DNA of 32,273 bases from Octopus bimaculoides (taxonomy: Eukaryota): the NCBI RefSeq assembly GCF_001194135.2, contig NC_068984.1, positions 46,456,033-46,488,305 on the forward strand, written 5' to 3'. This document shows positions 23,766 to 32,273 of the stretch, in pieces; position 1 is the first letter of the stretch, and each line of letters begins with the position of its first letter. The notes below the pieces were generated by a model, which did not search any database, was not told the DNA's origin, and saw only the letters and a list, made by a program, of their open reading frames with translations. Made by a program: the position numbers and the translations under genes.

Positions 23766-24305
23766 ATAGTGACTGATGAACAGGCTGGTGGAAAGAAGCG
23801 AGTGTGGGGACGTACCTAACAAATATTAATAAACAAAGCTGTGCTGTCTGAAGTAAGAAAACAGCGTAGAAACCTTCTGACAGTATGGCTTGACTATAAA
23901 AAGGCATTCGACTCTATCTCTCAGTCATGGCTGTTGAAGTACCTACATCTGGCAAAAGTAACTACCACATTAATTCCTACTATAAAGAGACTCACAAAGA
24001 CATGGACAACAATTCTCATCCTTCCAACTGAGAATAGAATAATTGTTTCAGATACTACAGGCATTTCAAGGGGCATACACCAGAGAGATTGTCTTTCTGT
24101 ACTTCTCTATTTTGGCACGGAATCCATTATCGTACCTACTGCAGAAAAAATGTTTGCATGTTAGCATCTTCAACAGCTAGAAATAACAATGTAACTCATA
24201 ATTTCTTTGTAGTCTACCTCAAGATTTACGCTACAAGTGTTAACAATGTCAAAAAAAGAAAGAAAGAAAGAAAGAAAAACAACTGGAATTAATAACAACA
24301 TCTCA
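23766..24305 (+). mobile_element. R4/Dong-type (R2-group) RT fragment
   Basis: IVTDEQAGGKKRVWGRT*QILINKAVLSEVRKQRRNLLTVWLDYKKAFDSISQSWL...SRGIHQRDCLSVLL, then NVTHNFFVVYLKIYA (FVDDLK equivalent) and QLELITT. Confidence 0.88.
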
Positions 24306-24444
24306 TCGTTTAAAAACAATGCTACCCAATGATGTAAACCTATCAACCGCCTTCAGTTTGGGCCCTTCACCATAGATAGCTGGCTGAATATATGGCAAGC
24401 AAAACGCATGTTTGTACATTACAGTTTTGTTAAGTGGTAGTTAT

Positions 24445-24605
24445 CGATATAGAAGAGATCATGCACCAGAAACTCCATAGTCTTGGACTTTTCCGCAAAA
24501 CGCCAGCTGTTGAAGAGCCGACCTGATGTTCGCAGTCCCTGAATGCGTGCAAGTGAACTAGTGAAGAGGATCGCGAAAAGCGTTGGGGCAACAAGATCAA
24601 CTCGC
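24445..24605 (-). mobile_element. RTE (BovB-like) RT core fragment
   Basis: Minus frame not in the ORF track: VDLVAPTLFAILFTSSLARIQGLRTSGRLFNSWRFAEKSKTMEFLVHDLFYIDN (compare LAPTLF...RTDGxLFN...DLLYADD). Confidence 0.8.
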
Positions 24606-24962
24606 TAGACGCCATTATTTTTTAAGCTAAAAGGTCTTTGTTATAATTCTGCCTACATATGCACAAACTTCCATATTATCAAGGAAGTAATGCAGTAATT
24701 TCACAAAGTTGTCAGGGCATCCACAGTGGCTGAGGCTCGCCCAAAATATTTCGCGGAACCGAATGCTTGTTTTAGTTCTGAAATTATCTAGCCGTGAATG
24801 TCATATCTCTTGTACCTATATTTCGTATGAAGTCACATAGAGATTGTGACAAAATCCTACCTGCAATAAAGACATGTAGCCTATTTTTCTTTTGCTACCA
24901 ACAGACTAACGCTACACTCATACACATACACACACACACACACACACATACATACATACGTA

Positions 24963-25796
24963 TGAGGTGGTGTCAAAAAGTTATGGGACAAGATCTGTAG
25001 CGCGCCAACAGATAGCAGCACACGAGTGACATCGCTGTGTTTGCTTCAGAAGTTGTGAAATTTGTATTGTGGTTACGTGTATGCTGTCGTCTGCGATTTT
25101 TGTTATGGACAGAAAAGTGAGTCAAAGAGCCAACGTGAAATGTTGCATTAAACTTGGGAAGTCTGTTACTGAGACTTTGAGCATGCTTCGGTGAGCTTAC
25201 AGAGACGAGGCACTGGATGGTAAGCAATGTTTTGAGCGGAGGAACGTCCCTGGAAGTCGATGAGTTATCTGGAAGACCTGCCACGAGCATCACTCCCGAA
25301 TATGAGAATTCCTCCCTCAAGGGCAGGCTGTCAATCGAGTGTTCTACTGTGACGTTTTGAAGCGGTTGAGGGTGGACATTCGCGGAAAGTGAGCGCATCT
25401 CTAGAGCGTGAAGAACTGAATTCTTCACGGCAACCATGCACCCTGTCTCTGAGCTCTCCTCACTCGTGAATTTTGCACCGAAAACAATATGGTAAGACTT
25501 CCTCACCCACCTATTTGCCACATTTAGCACCTGCGGACTTCCGTCTCGTCCCCAAGATGAAAATGCTGGTCATAGGTCACAATTTTTAACACCGTTGATG
25601 AGATCCAGAGCAAATTGCGGTCCTCGATTCGCTTGCAGAAAACGACTTCCAGCCGGATTCTGAAAGTGTCAGGAACGCTGGAACCGGTGTATTGCTGCGC
25701 AAGGTGATTATTTCGTAGGAGACGATGTTATAACTTAGGTACACAAGTTACTTTTTATTAAACATAACTAGCCTGGAACTTTTTGATACCACTTCG
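24963..25796 (+). mobile_element. mariner (Tc1/mariner) transposon, internally deleted, with TIRs and TA TSD
   Basis: Left TIR tgaggtggtgtcaaaaagtt and right TIR aactttttgataccacttcg, with TA at 24961-24962 and 25797-25798. Transposase remnants: MDRKVSQRANVKCCIKLGKSVTETLSML (ATG 25105), EFLPQGQAVNRVFYCDVLKRL, LPHPP/YLPHLAPADF. Confidence 0.93.
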
Positions 25797-26659
25797 TACA
25801 TACATACATACATACATACATGCATACATATGTGAGGGTGTGTATGCTTGTACTTATGGGTCTATATTATATGTATATATATTCATAAATAAATTAATAT
25901 ATAAGAAGTTAGAAGCTGGGTTGTGTATGTGTGCTTATCTGCGTAGATGTGTATAGAGCTGTGTCTCTGTAACCATACGTGTAGTTGAGAAGTAATATAG
26001 TTTTCAAATACCCATTATAATAACTCGTTGTTGTTGGTCTTGATTGCCATTGTCTCACTCCTCCTACTGTTCCTGCTGATATTTCTGCTTTGTTCTTTCC
26101 GTTGCTCTTATTAATTATATGGCTGATATGTAGTATGTATATGTATATATAGATCGGAANNNNNNNNNNNNNNNNNNNNNNNNNNNNNNNNNNNNNNNNN
26201 NNNNNNNNNNNNNNNNNNNNNNNNNNNNNNNNNNNNNNNNNNNNNNNNNNNNNNNNNNNNNNNNNNNNNNNNNNNNNNNNNNNNNNNNNNNNNNNNNNNN
26301 NNNNNNNNNNNNNNNNNNNNNNNNNNNNNNNNNNNNNNNNNNNNNNNNNNNNNNNNNNNNNNNNNNNNNNNNNNNNNNNNNNNNNNNNNNNNNNNNNNNN
26401 NNNNNNNNNNNNNNNNNNNNNNNNNNNNNNNNNNNNNNNNNNNNNNNNNNNNNNNNNNNNNNNNNNNNNNNNNNNNNNNNNNNNNNNNNNNNNNNNNNNN
26501 NNNNNNNNNNNNNNNNNNNNNNNNNNNNNNNNNNNNNNNNNNNNNNNNNNNNNNNNNNNNNNNNNNNNNNNNNNNNNNNNNNNNNNNNNNNNNNNNNNNN
26601 NNNNNNNNNNNNNNNNNNNNCATACACTTATATATGCACATATATATGTATACATGCAC

Positions 26660-26695
<36 letters not shown>

Positions 26696-27646
26696 TCTGC
26701 ATGTATATGTATACATACATATATGTGTACAAATATAGATATAGATATGATACATCATGACGTAATTTAGTATCCAATATATTAATCTACTAATGGTAAT
26801 TTCATGAGAATTGTACATATACTAATTTTATCTATTATTATTATTGTTTTTGTTATTATCATTATCAGTGTTATTATTATTAATATTGATATTTTTGTTA
26901 TAGTTAATATTAATAAGAGAATGGGAGTCACTAGAAAAGAAGTCATTGAATCTCACGTGTATTTAGATCTGACCAAATACATTGAACATTCAAATCCTCC
27001 TTGGTAGAGTTAGTATTACATCATTCGAGGAGCGTAAAAACAAGTATTGATCATTTGTAGGAGGTTGACCTTATCCGTAGTATTATGTACTAGAACTACA
27101 GTAAAAATGATTTGATAAGGCTATTTTCAGACCATTCCTCGTTCGGGGCATACTCTCATTGGTTGTCTTTCATCCGAGATAGTCAAAGGCACGTTTTGAG
27201 CGGTATGCGGACGTGTAGAGATTTGTGAAATTACTAGTGTCACGTGTAAAAACTAATTGACAATCAGCTAAGCACATCATGATTATTATCCAGCAGCTTT
27301 TCTGTGGTTGGCAAGGTTCGACAGTATGTTGAAGCCTGGAGTATTTTATGGTGAACGTATTTCAAACAAGTAAGGCTAAACACTTTTCTCTTCGGAAAAA
27401 AATTCATCAACGAGTTTTAGTTTTGCAGAAAGGTGAAGTGAAAAGGAAAGTTGCCGTCCACTAAGATTACTGAAGTTATTGGGAAACATGTCATCATGTA
27501 GCTGTAGACTTGATAGCATGGCAGACACTTGTCCTAAGTAGTAAAGAGAATCCTGAGTCAGGGGTTTTCTGATTAATATTACCATATTCATCGCTAATTC
27601 TTGTAACACTGTCTGAAATATTTCGACGTTATTATTTATTCTCTGA

Positions 27647-27862
27647 AAGGCTGTGAGCTGACAGAATCGTTAGCACGCCGGGCGAAATGCTAAGCGGTAT
27701 TTCGTCAGCAGCTCCGTTCTGAGTTCAAATTCCGCTGAGGTCGACTTTGCCTGTCATCCGTTCGGTGTTGATTAAATAAGTACCAGTTACACACTGGGGT
27801 CGATATAAACGACTAGTCCCCTTCCCACAAAACCTTCAAGGTCTTGTGCCTAGAGTAGAAAT
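27647..27862 (+). mobile_element. SINE family B, best-preserved copy
   Basis: gagctgacagaatcgttagcacgccgggcgaaatgctaagcggtatttcg...ttctgagttcaaattcc (B box)...taagtaccagtt...ggggtcgat...cttgtgcctagagtagaa. Confidence 0.9.
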
Positions 27863-29139
27863 AACTATCTATTTTCAGCCATATTACTTCAACCAAGGCT
27901 TTGTGAGCTGTGGGTATGTTAGTTATGGCGCTGTAGATTTGCTATTTGCTGATTTTTGATCGTGATGTAAAATATGGTCTTCTCGTCAACGTGATACTCG
28001 GTTTGTTATCTGTTTTTTAAATAGATAATTTCTTTTCTTAAAATTTATTTTTTATACTATCACTTTAATGCATCTGTTAAGTACTTCAGACAAATGCATG
28101 AGACTTTAGGGCTTCCTGCTAAGTTCTAATGTTTCACTTTAAGCAGCATTTGAATTCTTTTTGAAATGACTCTGCTCGTACAAGTATTTGTCTGATTCCC
28201 TTGCTCTTTTTAAAATACACATCTGTGGTAAACTCTTCACCGTCCATACTCTCCTCTAAAATTCTTCCCATCCTCTAACTGTTGGTGAAGCATTGATTTT
28301 TATTTTACATTCACCTTATTCTTTAACAACATTTTATGCTTCAGAGTTATAAACTTTTGCTTAAGTAAATTTACTGCCGTATCTTTCTTTAACTACTGAC
28401 ACTGTGTATGCAAGTGTAGCCACTTGCTTCAGGACATTCGATGTTGTTTCATTAAGGGGTTAGAAATAGTATCTCTTAATTTCTACCTCATTCTGAAGTT
28501 ATTTCTGTATCTATTTTCTGCATAAATGTTCCAAGTCTGTTACTTTGGTTTTAATTTCCATTGTCACTTTCTTTGGTCGAGATTTATCTATTTTTTACCA
28601 GCCCACATATATGGTGCTAACCCTTTTTATTAAGTCTGCAATAAGCACACGTACAAAATAGGGAGTGTTTGTTGTTAGTTTGCTGCTACATATTATATAT
28701 GATTTCAGCTCTTCATGTTCTAGAGGAATGTTCGGTTTGATTTTTTTTTTTTAATTTCTTCCTTGAGGAAAAGGTGAATACTGCGACAATATAATCGCCA
28801 ATACTTTTCCCTTGGTTACAATGCTTGTATAAATTAATGTACGCACATATATGAATATTCATTGATAAATGCATACGTATATACGCTTTTAATAACACAC
28901 ACGCACACACACATATGCACACATATGCACACAAATGTATATATAAGCAGCCTCGCGCAATATAAAACTATAAAAGAAAATTTTAATCGTCACCAATTGT
29001 GACTGAGAGTGCTGAATAGCGTCTATATTGCTAGAAATAAGAGCTAAAGTCTTTAAATCTATATTAGAGCATCTCTCTCTCTCTCTTTCTCGTGCCTCAC
29101 AGCGTTCATACACGCATAATTTTTCCCGTCTGGCCGTAA

Positions 29140-29370
29140 AGCATTTTCTGTTTGTTTTCCTGTCTTGTTTTTTGTCCGCCACTACATTCCTCCATGGCAA
29201 GGTTTAATTTGTGTATACAAATTTTATTTGCGGTCCATAGGAAGAGCCGTTTTAACGATGCGTCCTACCCAGCTCATCGAAACGCCGGTGTTAAAACGGG
29301 GGTAGCTGATGAAGAAGAATGTTCTCCATGTGGCTTGTGTGTTTTCTCGTCTACGTTTTGTTTGCAATGT
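29140..29370 (+). mobile_element. repeat carrying GAAAC...CTGATGA, probable PLE terminal-repeat remnant
   Basis: Shares colinear blocks with the minus strand of 30420-30640 (ctgtttgttttc, cctcc, aaattttattt, tcgaaa, ctgatgaag, gttct..atgt). Confidence 0.5.
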
Positions 29371-30419
29371 CCTGTACCCAGATATGCACCTATACATACA
29401 GGTGGATGTCGGTATGCACATACCTGTACGTATATAAGCATATACTCATTTACTGTTTGTTTTTACATGACCGAACGCAACGTCTACAATTTGTAAGTAG
29501 TTATCGTAACTTTATATTTTCCGACGCTACTCTATCTCTTTCTCTTTCTCTTCCTCTATCATTTTTCCCCCTCTCGTTCTTCCTCTGTTNNNNNNNNNNN
29601 NNNNNNNNNNNNNNNNNNNNNNNNNNNNNNNNNNNNNNNNNNNNNNNNNNNNNNNNNNNNNNNNNNNNNNNNNNNNNNNNNNNNNNNNNNNNNNNNNNNN
29701 NNNNNNNNNNNNNNNNNNNNNNNNNNNNNNNNNNNNNNNNNNNNNNNNNNNNNNNNNNNNNNNNNNNNNNNNNNNNNNNNNNNNNNNNNNNNNNNNNNNN
29801 NNNNNNNNNNNNNNNNNNNNNNNNNNNNNNNNNNNNNNNNNNNNNNNNNNNNNNNNNNNNNNNNNNNNNNNNNNNNNNNNNNNNNNNNNNNNNNNNNNNN
29901 NNNNNNNNNNNNNNNNNNNNNNNNNNNNNNNNNNNNNNNNNNNNNNNNNNNNNNNNNNNNNNNNNNNNNNNNNNNNNNNNNNNNNNNNNNNNNNNNNNNN
30001 NNNNNNNNNNNNNNNNNNNNNNNNNNNNNNNNNNNNNNNNNNNNNNNNNNNNNNNNNNNNNNNNNNNNNNNNNNNNNNNNNNNNNNNNNNNNNNNNNNNN
30101 NNNNNNNNNNNNNNNNNNNNNNNNNNNNNNNNNNNNNNNNNNNNNNNNNNNNNNNNNNNNNNNNNNNNNNNNNNNNNNNNNNNNNNNNNNNNNNNNNNNN
30201 NNNNNNNNNNNNNNNNNNNNNNNNNNNNNNNNNNNNNNNNNNNNNNNNNNNNNNNNNNNNNNNNNNNNNNNNNNNNNNNNNNNNNNNNNNNNNATATATA
30301 TATATATATATAAATATACATATATATATATATATGCATATGTCGGCACAGGACGTCACGAAACGTGTTCAACAAAAAGATACGAAGTACATGTACATGG
30401 AATATGAACTATTTTTTCG

Positions 30420-30640
30420 AACAACGAAAGATACAAATACAAAACACGACAAACAACATAAAGAACGACCCTTCATCAGTTGATCGCTGTTTATCTACTC
30501 TAGTATTTCGAGCATTTAACATCAATATACGCTTTCGATAAAACAACAATTGCTCCCGTAAAGCAAAGTAAATAAAATTTTGGATTTTACGGAGGGTCAA
30601 AATTAGTAACACACACAGGAGAGTGAAAACAAACAGGAAG
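30420..30640 (-). mobile_element. related repeat copy in inverted orientation to 29140-29370
   Basis: gaaaacaaacag (30625-30636), aaataaaattt (30570-30580), atttcga (30505-30511), tcatcag (30473-30479). Confidence 0.5.
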
Positions 30641-30807
30641 GACTGTTAAGCCCAAACGAGGTTGTGGTGGCGAACGCGTAAATCAAGCTTGGATAGGATA
30701 CAGACAATAACGCATCTTCCTTGTTCCAAATGCACACACATATATACAGATACACACACACTGGCAAGGGAGATAACCACAAAGCTGGAAACAGACGACT
30801 AAACTAG

Positions 30808-31024
30808 TTTTGTCTGTTAATCGTAGACACTTCAGCAGTCTCTATCCCCATTGTTCGGATGGTTCAGCTAAAACCCTCTGTCAGTATATGTATTTATCTT
30901 ATAAAATTATGGCTGATTTAGCGAAGTGATCATGTGTTTTTAGCTAAACCATGTTTTTTTTTAGCTGAACCATCCAAACAAATGAGATAGACACTGCTAA
31001 CGCGTCGACGATTAACAGAAAAAA
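30808..31024. mobile_element. MITE-like fold-back element with about 65-bp inverted arms
   Basis: The left arm tctgttaatcgtagacacttcagcagtctctatccccattgttcggatggttcagctaaaa (30813-30873) aligns with the reverse complement of 30958-31019 with roughly ten mismatches. AT-rich spacer of about 85 bp, no ORF. Confidence 0.8.
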
Positions 31025-31173
31025 TTACTCTATTCCAGGGCTTATCTTTCATTGCTCATGGGCGGATACCTCCCCTGAGAGTGTATATTTATATGTGTCG
31101 TTATGCAGTTTTGAGGGATTTAACTGCTACTTCTAGCAATATAGATACTATTCCGCACCTTTAGTCATAATTG

Positions 31174-31236
<63 letters not shown>

Positions 31237-31854
31237 TGTGTATTGGAACGTATGTATAATTTAATGGTAAAGCAGAAAATATTGTTTTCATCGCGTCCCT
31301 TATTATAATTCGTGATATGAATACTTTTTCTGCTCTAAATACTATTTATTAAACTTTGGAGAACTAAAACGTCTACATTTAAATGTATTTAAGTTTACCT
31401 AAAATGATAATAATGCGAATGCATAGCGAGAATATAGGAAAGACACTCCTTGCAATGAAGTATATAGATCTCAACTTAGGCACAAATTATGACTACGTTG
31501 TAAAATATTTTTCGGATCAGCGTAGTCACTACTACAGAGAAACATGTTTACACGCGTTATAGCATTGCATGTAGCATAAAATGTACGTGACAAGGAAATA
31601 CTAATGAATATAACATTACACACCCAATAACGTTGAACTCTCATACTTACAGGTGTGTTGTTTACGGATTAATTCAGCTACTACTCTGTGTGTGTGTATG
31701 CATGTATGTAATGTGAATAAATTGATCTGTATTATATTGGAAAATAACATTTATCGATTTATAAATACCTAGAGGTATAAGTATTATTTAATCCATATAC
31801 ATATCCTTACACAAGCTCCGGCACACACGCAATTACATATATATGTACATGCGT

Positions 31855-31897
<43 letters not shown>

Positions 31898-32190
31898 CAC
31901 GTATACAGACAAATACATACAGCTACTGGCGTACGTATTAATGCAAATAAAAATATTGACTGATTGATCGTTGACTACTAAGAAAGAATAGTATTAGATA
32001 GGCAGACAAGCAACTGTATAGGTTTATAGAAACTTAGATCTATAGATGCTATGAGAGACAGGAAAGTGTCGATATATCGATATATAGATAAGGAAATGGA
32101 CATGTTGAACTCAACGCACATCCTATCACACCCATACTTTTACAAGCGTACATGCACAAATGCGTACACAGTGTGGCTGTGCGAGTGTAA

Positions 32191-32227
<37 letters not shown>

Positions 32228-32228
32228 G

Positions 32229-32273
<45 letters not shown>

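Noticed and set aside
23770-23800. CTGATGA...GAAA as a possible hammerhead
   Set aside because: It encodes TDEQAGGK of the R4/Dong RT and has no stem II.
27376-27612. Minus-strand ORF after a tttcag acceptor, possibly a 30-nt exon ending at ATG|GTAATA
   Set aside because: Two frames are equally open and nothing links it to other candidates.
28130-28600. Possible pogo/Tigger transposase N-terminus on the minus strand (KKVTMEIKTKV...ASPTVRGWEEF)
   Set aside because: Many stops, only loose motif echoes, and no TIR seen; it needs an HMM search.

Overview
AT-rich, microsatellite-dense eukaryotic DNA with seven assembly gaps (3915-4320, 5176-5787, 9881-9921, 15439-15838, 20159-20168, 26160-26620, 29590-30293). 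The SINE families and microsatellite style suggest an octopus or other coleoid cephalopod genome (inference). Most ORFs in the supplied track are translations of microsatellites or N-runs. The supportable content is mostly decayed mobile DNA: two tRNA-derived SINE families (9 copies) plus one further SINE-like tail, a CR1/L2-group LINE RT, three RTE fragments, two R4/Dong-type RT fragments, a Penelope-like (PLE) RT with intact YIDD, an internally deleted mariner with both TIRs and TA TSDs, a DINE-1/HINE-like element and a fold-back MITE. The most notable signal is a minus-strand cassette at about 20440-20760: a tRNA-like Pol III head (A and B boxes), a trinucleotide linker, a minimal hammerhead ribozyme motif, and a hairpin with a tandem-repeat tail, lying between two putative PLE ORF remnants. 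A second, circularly permuted hammerhead-like motif occurs in a repeat present as an inverted pair at about 29140-30640. No host gene can be named; several candidate exons are reported at low confidence.
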